Source: Podospora anserina (taxonomy: Eukaryota). From it: 64,000 nucleotides of DNA. Made by a program: the position numbers and the translations under genes. Below, piece after piece: positions 51,059-62,481 of the stretch. How positions within the stretch are numbered: position 1 is the stretch's first letter; each line of letters begins with the position of its first letter. The notes below the pieces were generated by a model. The model ran no database searches. It saw only the letters and a list, made by a program, of their open reading frames with translations, and was not told the origin of the DNA. The stretch covers positions 310,001-374,000 of the forward strand of contig CM030337.1 of the NCBI GenBank assembly GCA_017654855.1, given 5' to 3'.

Positions 51059-51190
51059 GCTGGGACGGCGATAGGGGGGGCGCTTGTAGAAACGACGATG
51101 AAAGATGACGGTTGGTTGCCGGGTAGTGGGCAGGACACACACACAGCTACAAGTCAACTGTATACAACAAGCAGTTGGAAAGAAAGGGTC

Positions 51191-51196
51191 GAGTCA
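51191..51196 (-). promoter_or_regulatory. Gcn4/CPC-1-type site TGACTC upstream of THR4
   Basis: GAGTCA on the + strand about 135 nt upstream of the THR4 ATG. Amino-acid biosynthesis genes are typical cross-pathway-control targets. Confidence 0.45.
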
Positions 51197-53280
51197 CAGC
51201 AGTCAATAGAGACACTTTGGCTCGAACGCCGAGCATCGGAAAGAGGGGCAAAAAGTCGCCAGCAAAATTTTGCCCCGCAGCGGTCTGCGTAATGCGGGGC
51301 ATTGCTTCAAATTCCCCAGACGGCATCCATGGCTCCCGCCAGCTCTGGTAAGCGCACCTGTCAAAAGTCAATGGCTGCATTTTGCTGCATAGGTATCCAA
51401 TGTTTCTTATCAGTTTAGAAACCGCCTCAAACCATCCCTTACTCGCAGTGTGTCGAGCTGGGAGTTGGGATGGTCCATCCGATGTCTTCTCATCTGGTCT
51501 ACGACTGCTGAAACCTGATATCCATGACGAACTCTCAACTCAGCTAAATCACCTGTGTGACTGGCAGTGAACACTCTAGCGGCGTGGCCGGGGGAATATG
51601 AAGTGCCTTCCGGGCCGGTAGAACGGGCAGCTGACTGGCTGTAACGGCGTCATAACCCGGAAATGTGTCGACGGATCAACCGCCCTGGCCGGGGGGCCGC
51701 TGGTCAGTACCCCCGGCCTGGAACATGGTTTGGGTTCCAACACTGAGCATCAGACTGCACTGAAAGGCCCTCGATGGCTGTGCAGTTCATGACGATAATA
51801 AATCCCCTACGCAGTAAGGGACAGTTCCCGGTTTTTAGGCTCAGGCTACGGAGTATGATGCCTGCGGGTGGCCTCGTCTAGGTAGGTAGGTTGTCACCTA
51901 GCGTTTGAGCATGCAGAAGGATTGGCAGCTGTAGATGGAATTGGTTGATTTCCAACGCTAACGTGTGTCGTGATGGTCGGCTGCATTCGCTGAAGGGTTG
52001 CCTGTATGTTTAAGTGGTCACTTGAAATACAAAAATCGCCGGTAGATGCCGCACCACAGGCGCGTTGCATAGTGAACATCTCGAAGTGGGTGGGGCCGTC
52101 GTGGCAGCAATTGGCTAGACCCTTGCTGCACTCGAGGGCGGGGAGTGGGGTCTGTCTGGCCGAATACCGTCATGCAGCAACCAATCAAATTCTAGATTAT
52201 CTTAACATCTGCCCCGCCTTCTGGCAGATGTCCCCGCCTCTCTCTCGTGGATGGGGGGTTGCTTCTCCGCAAAATCGACAGATGCTGTGGATCTCGTCCC
52301 CTCTATCCAGACGTCCCATCGTGCTGGGTGCTGCTGGGTGTTTCGAGACAGTCAACCTTTTGAGATAATGTCGTTCCACCGTTGGATTCCCGCCTGTCGC
52401 CGAGAGCATTTTCGTGGGCAGTGAGCCGTCCCGACAGGAAGGGACCTCAGCTTGTTAGCCCCGGCCGAGCTCATGGCTTTGGGCGAGGCCTGTTCTTTCT
52501 TGACAGGCTCGTATCTGGTTAGTGTATTTAGCAGCGGGGAGACCTGGGGAGGCCGATCTTCAAGATCATCTCGATCAAACAGACGTCAATTGAGCCCCCT
52601 AGCAAAGGCCGAGCAAGTGGTGGATAGAGTACATTGTGCAACCAGTGTTAAAGTTGTCCCACGGAAGAGCAAACGCTGTCCTAGCATCCCCCATCCCATC
52701 CCGCCCCGTCATTCTGTCTGTAACCCCTCAACCACATCGACGCCCGTGTCGCGCCCCCCCTCCTCCTGCTTTCTTTTTCTTCGCCGGCCGATCATCTTAA
52801 AGCTGGTCTAGAGCTTTTCTTTGTCCCCCATCTCCCCAGTGACCTGGTTCCTACTATCTACTACCTACCTACTGCGCTTTATCATTACCCGCAGCCAGTC
52901 GCCATTCCTGGGTTGCCAACTGACGCCATTGCCGTCCCACGGGTGTCTTATCTGCCGCTCAGCACCTGCAGCGAGACTGTGATTCATTGGCAGACGACAC
53001 AATTCCATTGCCCTTTTAAAACAGGAATCACCGATAAGGCTGCTGCTCTTCCCCTCCACCCCCCCTCGTCTTTGCCATCTCCATCCTTCATTTGAATCTG
53101 CTTCCACCGCGAGCATTGGGGCGTCAACTTCAACAGGACGTCTTGCGCTCATCTGATTAACCTATCACTGCTGTGGGTGTTTGTGCCAGCCAACCCACAT
53201 TCCCCGATTCGTTTGTTGAGAAGCTCAAGACGGCTTCAAGACGGTCTCGTGTCCCTCAAGGACAGAAAAGAGCCAGAGCT

Positions 53281-55446
53281 ATGATGGCGACAATAGCCCT
53301 TTCTCGGCCGATTGCACCCCACCGCAACTCATCCAGCATAGGCTCTTTGACATCGACCATCACGCTCGATACATCACAATGCCCGGCCCCCGTGCCGAAC
53401 AAGCACATCCCCGTGTGTCCCCCCGGCCCCGTCCCGCAACAGGAGCCCACAACCCCACCACCGTCCCCCGGTAAGGAAGCCGACGCGCTCCACCAGTCCC
53501 TCTTATTCCCACCCACAGATTATGTGCGGCTCGACTCGGGTCGTTCATGCCTCTACAAGATCGATGCTGCCGGAGTGGCAGCGGCTCTGGATTATCTGGC
53601 TCGTCAACCGCTGCCCGACCCCTCACAGGTCTTCCCTTGGTTACACGGGCTTCATCCCAACAATCAGATCCAGCTTGCTTTCTTCATCGCCCGCAAGCGT
53701 TCTCTGAGGAAGACGCCTGGTTGTCTGCGTGGCATCACCATCGTCAAAGCCGATGGCGATCTCAACGTCTCCCGTCTCAAGGGGGCTATCGCGCCTCACG
53801 AGTTTCTTCAGCTCGGAAATGCCACGGCCGAGTTTCTTGAGGCAGATCCCCGGGAGGGCTTCTCTGTACGCAACTTTCAGATTCAAGCTGCCAAGGCAGC
53901 CATGACCTCTGATATCATCGTCTATGGCGATGATGAGCTCTCTGTTCGCAAGTTAGGATTCGATATAGCCGGTGCACAGCAACGATGGCGTGAGAAACAA
54001 GAAGCCCATCGGAATCCTATTCCCCATTACAACACATTTGTCTGTGTCAGCCCCTTTGGCGAGTTTGAGGAACTTTATCCCGAGATTGTGGCCGTCAACT
54101 CGTCCGGCCAGCTCACAGGTCAAGTTCTCGACTTCTTCCATCAAGAACGGAGGGAGATGTATGAGATGACCCGTGCGTCTGAGATATCACACAACGTCTG
54201 GCTGGGCCCAACCCCAGATCAGGGGTCTGACGAGGAGCTCTGTTATGACGTTCTGATCGAGTGCAACGATCTGGGTCGTCTCAACCCCGGAGCCTTGCAA
54301 GCCATCGCCGAGGGTACCAATGAACCGGACCAACATCTTTCGGAAGCCACCCAGACCTTCCTGGAGTTTCCATCTTCGGGCAGTATACTAGCTCCCACCT
54401 GGTCGCACGCCGAAGCAGACGGCATCCTCGATACGTGCAAATGGATCTGGCATCTTGCCCACGGCACCCTCCCTTCTGCCTTCTCAGCCAGTTCCAAGTT
54501 CGATCATGAAGATTCCGATGGTGATATCGACATGCTCACCTCTGCCCCATCCACACCCAACAAGCCCAGGAGAATCCTGATTCACTGCGCAGACGGGTAC
54601 ACCGAGTCAACCATGCTCGGGCTCGCGTATTATTCCTTTGTCACCTTCCTTCCCATCCCGGAAGCCTGGCTAGCCCTTCACACAACCCAGCAGCGCAACT
54701 TCTTCGCCTACCCCTCTGACGTAGCCCTCCTCACCGCCATTGCCCCCCGGCTGTTGCAGGAATCCCCCCTGTTTACCCTCCAGAACCGTACCTTGAGTGA
54801 TATCACGAGTCTCATTCGCAACGAACCAAAGTGGTTCGCTGGGTTCGACGGCTCCTTTCCCTCCAGGATCCTAGATTACATGTACCTAGGAAACCTCGGC
54901 CACGCCAACAACCCGGACTTGCTCAAGTCCCTCGGCATCGGTCAGATCCTCTCAGTCGGTGAGCTGGCCATGTGGCGTGACGGTGAGCTCGAGCAATGGG
55001 GGGAGGAGAACACGTGTGTGGTTCAAGGGGTGCAAGACAACGGAATAGACCCCCTAACAGACGAGTTTGAACGGTGTCTAGAGTTTATTGGTAAGTTCCC
55101 ATTTGGTTGTTTTTTACCATCGCCAAAAATCAAACTAACCAACCCCGCCACAGAACGAGGACGCCGAAACGGCACCGCCACGCTCGTCCACTGCCGCGTG
55201 GGCGTCTCCCGCTCGGCAACAATCTGCATCGCGGAGGTTATGAGATCCCTCCGGATGAGCTTCCCCCGGGCGTACTGCTTCGTCAGGGCGAGGAGGCTCA
55301 ACGTCATCATCCAGCCTCACCTGCGGTTCGGCTACGAGCTGCTCAAGTGGGAGGAGCAGAACCAAGGGGAGGGCTTCAAGAGGGAGCTGGAGTGGCCCGA
55401 GATTGCGAGAGAGATTGCCTTGATGAATCGACCTTATGCTCGGTAG
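53281..55446 (+). CDS. PPS1: Dual-specificity protein phosphatase Pps1-like
   Basis: QVFPWLHGLHP, GFSVRNFQIQ, degenerate HCADGYTES and active HCRVGVSRS. Intron 55091-55153. Confidence 0.93.
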   Translation: MMATIALSRPIAPHRNSSSIGSLTSTITLDTSQCPAPVPNKHIPVCPPGPVPQQEPTTPPPSPGKEADALHQSLLFPPTDYVRLDSGRSCLYKIDAAGVAAALDYLARQPLPDPSQVFPWLHGLHPNNQIQLAFFIARKRSLRKTPGCLRGITIVKADGDLNVSRLKGAIAPHEFLQLGNATAEFLEADPREGFSVRNFQIQAAKAAMTSDIIVYGDDELSVRKLGFDIAGAQQRWREKQEAHRNPIPHYNTFVCVSPFGEFEELYPEIVAVNSSGQLTGQVLDFFHQERREMYEMTRASEISHNVWLGPTPDQGSDEELCYDVLIECNDLGRLNPGALQAIAEGTNEPDQHLSEATQTFLEFPSSGSILAPTWSHAEADGILDTCKWIWHLAHGTLPSAFSASSKFDHEDSDGDIDMLTSAPSTPNKPRRILIHCADGYTESTMLGLAYYSFVTFLPIPEAWLALHTTQQRNFFAYPSDVALLTAIAPRLLQESPLFTLQNRTLSDITSLIRNEPKWFAGFDGSFPSRILDYMYLGNLGHANNPDLLKSLGIGQILSVGELAMWRDGELEQWGEENTCVVQGVQDNGIDPLTDEFERCLEFIGKFPFGCFLPSPKIKLTNPATERGRRNGTATLVHCRVGVSRSATICIAEVMRSLRMSFPRAYCFVRARRLNVIIQPHLRFGYELLKWEEQNQGEGFKRELEWPEIAREIALMNRPYAR

Positions 55447-56488
55447 AAAAACACAAGAAGGAACACACGAGCACAATTCTCCCGCCTGGTTTGCGGGAGT
55501 GGTGGTGAATCCATATGATGGGAACGGTTTGGATATTTGAAGTCAAAATTGGAGAGAGGGAAAAGTAAACCCAAAAAAAATGGGGGGGAAAGGTGATCAC
55601 CGGAGGAGGAGCGATACCCTGGGTTTTTTTTGGTTTGGAAGTCGAGGCTGGGGACAACCTCTTGAGTTGTGCAAATGTGTCGATTAAGTTTGGGTGTGGG
55701 TGTTTCTGGGTACGTTGTTGGATTATGTCTCGGGTTCTGTCTTTGGGTTCGGCTGGACACGATCTATTGTGCTATTTTTCTTTCGGTGCCTTGGTTGATT
55801 TCGGAGCGTTTCTGGTATGGACTGAGGCTTTTCTCAGAGGCTTTGCTCACAGGCAACGTTGGTTCACGGACGGGTGGACTGGAGCGTCGTTTATTTTTTG
55901 CCATTCTTGTGCAAGCTATCTTTACTTTTTGGGTTATCTCATGACGACTGGATGCAACACGACAACGGCAACAGCAGCACACGATGACGGCTTTTTTTTT
56001 TGTTTTTCTAGTTCGGCAACCTTTTGTTATGAATATTGCAATCTCATTTGGGCAACAGGCAAGCAAGCAGAGCGTTCGAGTTTGCGGATTGGAAATGATT
56101 TGCTTTGGACCATGTAGGATTGAATAGGGTACCCGACATGAAATCTGGCCTCGGGCAGACGTGTTGTTTCCAGATAACATATTTATTCTGCTTATCAATG
56201 TTTATTCAGCTCAGACTTTAATATCTTGCCTTCATCCTGTGACAACACCCTCCACTGGTCAAGAGGGCAAATCTTGCACGGTTGAATGATGCCTCTTAGG
56301 CCTCTCTCTATCCCTCCTGTTGGCCGTCGCTGAACAGCTTCATCGAGACGGGCATGGGTATTCAAAAGAAGTTCAGGGAGTTTATGGAGGCAGGCATTAA
56401 AGAGATTCGATTACGCTATTCTGATATCCATAAACTCCAAACGCTATGCACATGTTCCCCGTCAAGTTACTCAAACCACTCAGCAAAA

Positions 56489-57241
56489 TTACCAGACACG
56501 ACCTGAAATAAAATCACGCTCACCACCCAGTTCCCCCTTCTTTGTCTTGACCGGCGCCTCGATCAACTTGCCATCTGAGCTAAACGCTTTATCTTCACCT
56601 TCGTCTTCGGCAAGGTACCGATCGTCATCTTTATTCCCTTTATCCCCCGTGCGCTGTGCCCTTGGTAAGCCCTCTCTTGCGCGGCCTTTTCCTTTTCCCT
56701 CTCCTTCATCTCGACTGCTACCACTAGTACCACCAAAAAAGTCCTCTTCAACTTGAAGAGGCTCTTCGTCTTCGTCGGGGCGGGGATGCGTCGAGCCAAG
56801 AGGCATCCCAGGAAGTGAAGGATCACCTGGTGGCAACGGTGTTTCCAAAGCCTGCATGAGCTTTGCAATGTGATCCTTCACCATATTACCTGTAACATCC
56901 TTGCCAGAATTGTTCAACGCCGGAACTACGAGTTCCTCGTCCTCCGAGGTGTTTATTACATAATCATGTTGGGGATCGTAATCGGGATACAAAAATCCCA
57001 TAACATCATCGCTGGACCCTCCTTTTCTCTGCAAGCCCGCCGCCTTCTTCACTGCCCCTTCCACCGTCTTTTTTACACCCTTGACCGTAACATCTGGAAC
57101 CATGTCGGCTAAACTGTGTGCAGCGCCCGTCATACTCTCTGGGACCACTCTTTGCAGAGCTTTCTTCAACTTTGCCTTCCGTCTCACCTTTTCGAATGAC
57201 TCGTGCTTGCCGGCAATGGCCTCGGTGTTCTCGGTGAGTTC
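56489..57241 (-). CDS. 250-codon open frame directly continuing ATG18 past its TAG; candidate stop-loss extension
   Basis: In frame with the ATG18 stop at 57242-57244, with no stop until 56489. Charged, disorder-like composition and no recognisable domain. Confidence 0.6.
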   Translation of the reverse strand, partial: ELTENTEAIAGKHESFEKVRRKAKLKKALQRVVPESMTGAAHSLADMVPDVTVKGVKKTVEGAVKKAAGLQRKGGSSDDVMGFLYPDYDPQHDYVINTSEDEELVVPALNNSGKDVTGNMVKDHIAKLMQALETPLPPGDPSLPGMPLGSTHPRPDEDEEPLQVEEDFFGGTSGSSRDEGEGKGKGRAREGLPRAQRTGDKGNKDDDRYLAEDEGEDKAFSSDGKLIEAPVKTKKGELGGERDFISGRVW

Positions 57242-58640
57242 CTATGCGTTATATGAGGCGTCCAGCTTATCATCCGCCTCAACGACACTATTTGGAAAGT
57301 TAGAGGTCGGTGGGATGTGATTGAAGAGGAAAAACATACGAGAACTGCTTCACCAAGTACCCCTCCCCTCCCTTTTCCATGTCAATGTTGTACACATAGA
57401 AGATACCATCGCTTGTTACTACCATGACCTGAGGCGAACTGCTACTCATGGCCACAACACTGCGGATGGGTCCGCCCCCGCCAGCTGGTGCTCCTTGCAG
57501 TACCGTGCTGGTTGGTTTAGGAATCTTGATGCTTGCGAAATCACGCTCGGGTTCGAACATCTCAGACACGGCGGCTGGTAGATAAGCCCCCACTGCTCCG
57601 ACCACGCCACGCCCGACAATTTGAGATGACCGTCTGATCATATTGCCAAACATGCCGCTGTTCCGCAGAGCTTTGCTTCCTTCGCTGCTGGGCTGGCTCG
57701 TGGTACTGCCATACTCTTCCGCCCCACTGCTTCGCCGAGAGTCGTCGTCGCTGTTGGGAACATAGTCGGCACTGTTAATACTGGCAGACCGGGCAAAGCG
57801 GTTACGCCTAGGTGATGTTGCTTCGGCGCCTTCTTGAGAATTGTTGGTCAATTTGTAGATGTGGACAGTGTTGGAGACGGACGAAACACAGAGGATGGTT
57901 GAGCTGAGGTTGAAAGACATGCTGTATATGGTCGAAGGAGTGGTACCCCTCCGGAACTGATACAGCCTCTGACCACTGGGAATCGCAAACACGCGAATAA
58001 TGGTGCTCTTTTCTGACGCCGTCGCAAGGAGAGTGCCGTCGTTATTCAGCGCGATGCAGCACAGCGGCGACCGGTGAGCCTCGATTAGATTGATAGAGAC
58101 CTGCTTCACCGTATCATATATGAGTACCTCGCCGCTGGTAGTCGGAACATAACTGGACAGGGGGGGGGCATGCGATGGCCGTCTCTCGCCTGTGTCCTCT
58201 CGCTGTTTGGGAAGCGGATAGGCTATGTAGCATCTCTCGGACGAGGGAGACAGGGCGCAAATAGCGTTTGGATTCGGCGAGGTGTTTATTGTTTGCAAAA
58301 GTGTCATGTTGGAAATGTCGTAAAGATAGATCTCCTCTTCCAACACCACGGCCAGCCGTTTTCGATTTAGCCGCACGGCAAGGATGGCGTTGGGGAAGGT
58401 GAGTTCGCAAATGACCGAGGCCCGCTTAGTGTTCTGGATCACCAAATGGCGGGGTGAAAGAACCAGGGCAACGAGCGAGGTCGAGAAGAGCATCTCGATT
58501 ATGGAGACATTCCCGTCATCGCTGTTGAAGATCTTGGAAAAGGGGTCTGTATGGTAGATGCGGAAGCCCTTGGAGGTGCCGACAGCCAGACAGCTGTGGT
58601 CCTGGTTGAACGTGACGAAGTTCAGGGCGCCGCCCGACAT
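57242..58640 (-). CDS. ATG18: Autophagy PROPPIN Atg18/WIPI
   Basis: [46 protein letters not shown], phosphoinositide motif FRRG and ERDFASIK. Intron 57288-57339; the last exon encodes [15 protein letters not shown]. Confidence 0.96.
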
Positions 58641-59341
58641 GATGGGCGAGCGGTGTTCAACGAGGGACTTGGGGTCTCGAGAAAGGGGTTGCGGTGGACG
58701 TTGGTTGGAGCTGTTGTGTGCTAGCGAATGCCGATAGTGTGCTCGTATGGCTACGTAGCTAAGAGACTCAGTTAATATGGCCAGTGTGTTCAAAGCATGT
58801 TGAGAGCAGAGGAGAAAAGAAGGCGTGGTTCGAAGCTTGTTGGACAAACGTCTGGCCTGGTCCGATGTGGGAGTGGCAGGGGAGCTGCTGCCTTTGGCTT
58901 TCCCATGGCTGCGATAAGATGAAGGAGCTCGGGCCAGCCGATCGTCATTGCGGGGCAGTGGGATCATGCTTGCCTTCCATCCAGCCCCCTGTGCTTGCTT
59001 TTTTGGGCACCTGCCACTGTCTGCCCGCCCAGATTTGGGAAGGTGATCAGCTGTCCCTGGGGAAGCCGCAGAGGACGAGCCAGCCATCAAGGTTCCTACC
59101 CCCAACGCACAAGTAGATACGATCATGACCATCAGCATTTACCAACTTTCTCGGATATATACATTAACTAGAGCCCCAAAATGTCCTCCTTGCACTCAAC
59201 AAAAACCAAAACCAAAACGGCAGGCGTGTAAATGGGTATGTGCCTTGCTTGCTATGCATGAGAAGTATACGTGATCTGGTCTGCCCCACGAATCACCCAA
59301 CCCAATACTCCCCATCACCACCCAAACCCCCCTCACCTCGT

Positions 59342-62300
59342 TCAACGAACCATTATATTCCTAAATGAATCTGAGATGTCGCTCACGGTTTGCGGTGGCC
59401 CGTGTCTCTCCTGCACCGTTGACAGGCCCTGCGCAAGCCTGCCCTCCATAAGCTTCAGGATCACAGGCGGTACGCTGTCATCAGTAGCCCTGATCGTAAG
59501 GCGAATCATCTGTCGTGTATCTGTTAGCACCGTGTTCCAGCCCTTGGTGAATGTGTCAGGCCGAGACAAGAGAAAACATACCTGTGTTCCGTAGTTGGGC
59601 TCCAGTCTGAGCAGGCAGCCAATCTTCCCACCCTCGCTCGTGTGCACAACGCTGGCACCCACAAAATTCTTGGTATTAGGGTCGACATTGTTCAGCACCC
59701 CCCACCTGAAACCCTTGATGACATCTCGAATGAAGCCGTCGGTAAGTTCCCTTTGCTGGTCCTTGGCAGCAGTTGTCAACCCAAACACCTGTTGTGCCTC
59801 ACGAGGGGCCCCGCCGATTTGCTTCCACCTCTTGAAGAAATCCTCAGCAGTCAGTTCGGCAGGATCCATGAACTTGTGGAGAGTGACAGGAAGCTTGAGG
59901 GTAAGAGCCTGCAACGCACCGGCCAGGTAGCTGATCCGGATTGTTGGGCTCTTTTCGAAAACCTTCTTGGCTTCAAACATAATGACCTGCTGGGCCTGAG
60001 CACCCCGTGCAATCGTCGTGTCGGGAAGGCCCTTGACGTCCCATGTCAGATTGGTCTTTTCTGACGTGTCCAAATCAAGCGTCGTGGTGAACGATCCAAC
60101 AAGAGCCGGAGTCTTGTTTGTAAAGTACAAAATCAGGCAAGCCATCTGACCGCGGTACTCGGACCGCACGCCAACCTGGAGCTGGCCATCCTCGTAAAGA
60201 ACGCCATCTGGCTTGAGAAGAAGCCGGTTGAAGCCCTTCTCCCAGTTGGGTGACAAGTGAGCGGCACTGGCGAGATTGGGTATTGACTTTGCCTCTGCCG
60301 GGCCAATATTGTTCATGTCAAGACCTAAGAGATCGCCGGCCGCACCCCCGTTTGGCTTGGTACCGGCGTTGGTGAACGTCCTTCTAAGACTTCCATTCTT
60401 GGCCAGCGTGAGCTCAGCGGCGTCCGAGTTGGCGTCCTTTCCTCCCACGATCCACGTCCTCTTATCGCTTGTGTTCGCATGCTTCCGGTGTAGCCTGGAA
60501 AGCAAGGCCGACTCGCGCTCTGGGAACGGTGGCATCTCATCACAAACAGTGCGGAGAAGATCGTCGGTCGGCATACTTGCCAGTGTCAAATATTCGCAAG
60601 CTCTTTGCTGCAGTTCAGGGTCAAGCGTGTGGCTGTAGACGTTGAAGACGTTGACGAGCTGTGGCTTGATCTCGGGGAACAGATTCACGTATTTTACAAA
60701 ACACGACAGAATCATGCCACGAGTCCCTGGTGCGCAGGCGGGGAGCTTGCTCTGCAATGCAATAAACTGCTCGATCGGACTGCAGCCCTTCTCTTCAGCA
60801 ATCAAATGACCAAACTCTCCGAGGATGTAGGCCCCAATCTTGACCAATGTCTCGTGACAGTGATCTTGTTTGCAGTATTGAAGAATGTTTTGGGCAGCAT
60901 ATACTTGCAGCTCCTCGTTGTTGGTGATAATTTGGATGACACGCTGCCATACCTCATCACTGACATGATCTCCTGCCATGGCGATGAGACGCAGGGAGAT
61001 GTCTACATACCACTGGACATCGGTGGCATACTTTTCCGTCAGAATGGCGATTTTTAGCACCATCTCTTCTCGAATTGCAAAATCGGCGTTTTGAAGGTAG
61101 TGAAGAAGCTCGCCCACGATTGGTCGTGCATTTGTGTGATCGCACATGCTATAAAGGAGATCAAGGCCCTTTCGTCGAACGCTGATGTCTCTGTCCTTGA
61201 GCGATCCCAAAATCACCTCCTGGTGTTGCTTGATGGGACCAAGTGTGGTGTCAGATCGAGCGGCCAAGTGCGTCATAGCCTCAAGACCTAGATACCGAAC
61301 ATTTGTCTCCCTCGACTGGATAAATCGCCCCAGTCTCTGAGATATCTGCTTCATGAGAGCGTGTTCAGTATCGAGGTGGATGATGAGGTTGATGGCTTCG
61401 AAGAGAACAGCATTTTGCGCATTGTTTTGCTGTACATTTTTGTTCGTTTCCAAGGCGAGGTCCAATATCCTTTGAAGGGACTGCCGGATCATCTCCCGAA
61501 CGTGACTGTCCTCGGAAGGTGGGAAATACTGCAGGAGTCGCAAGAGCTTGATCTGGAGCCAGGGACAAGGCACCTTGTAGTACAGATAGTCTGAGGCGTA
61601 CTCCCCGTCGATAAGGATCCGTTTCAGGCGGGCGGCGGCCTTGGCATATGCGCCCTTGTACTGCTCGAGGTCGTCCTGGGCCAAAGCCATGACTAGTGAG
61701 GTAACGGATAATGCCACGCCAAAATCCGGGTCATCCATAAGATGTATTATCCTCTCTGCCCATTGAGGCTGGACGATGCCAGGGTTTTTTCGGTACAAGC
61801 GGAGCAGGGTAAGCGCCGCCTTCTTTTTGACAAAAGATTTCGAGGTGCTACGTACATGTTAGCGAGATAATAACGAGACGTAGATGTGCGCAGGAGTACA
61901 ACCCCCTGCCTGATACGTACGGTGAGATCAGTAACCTGTGTACCTCTGCGCTAAGGGCCTCGCCCATCTCCCGACCACCCACGTTTGCAATGGCGTGCAG
62001 TGCAAGGCAGTTGAACAGTTCGTTGTGGTCCATCAGATCTTTCCGAATACTGTTCACCACCAGGTGTAATAGCTCGTGCTGCTCGTGCAAGAACAAGGTC
62101 ATTGCCAAATACCCAATCTGCTTCTCCGAGTACTTTGTTGCCGAGATGAGATTAACTGCCTCGAGGTGTCCAAAATCGACGTTCCAGCCCAGAATGTAGA
62201 TGTACAGAAGCTTGCAAACATATTTCTTTTTGTGATACCCGCTCAGATTACCATCTGCCAGCCATGTCAGTGTGGGCTTATAGAATACATGTGATCGGAA

Positions 62301-62481
62301 AGAGGGGTCGCAAACCTTTGAACTTTTGCCTGATATTGGCCAGTTCCTTGTTGATTCTCTTCTCTTCCAATTCTCGAGCACGCGCATTGCGCAAGTCGGC
62401 AATGAACTGCACTAGTCCTCGCATATTGGCATTGCTGCTGCTGGATCGGCCCAGAAAGCCCGTGGGGCCTGAAGACGCCAT
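59342..62481 (-). CDS. APL3: AP-2 adaptor complex alpha subunit
   Basis: [43 protein letters not shown], adaptin repeats and an alpha ear ([17 protein letters not shown]). Introns 62255-62315, 61848-61920, 59510-59581. Confidence 0.97.

Noticed and set aside
52480-53280. About 800 nt without a + strand ATG upstream of PPS1
   Set aside because: Consistent with an ordinary long 5' UTR of a regulatory gene.
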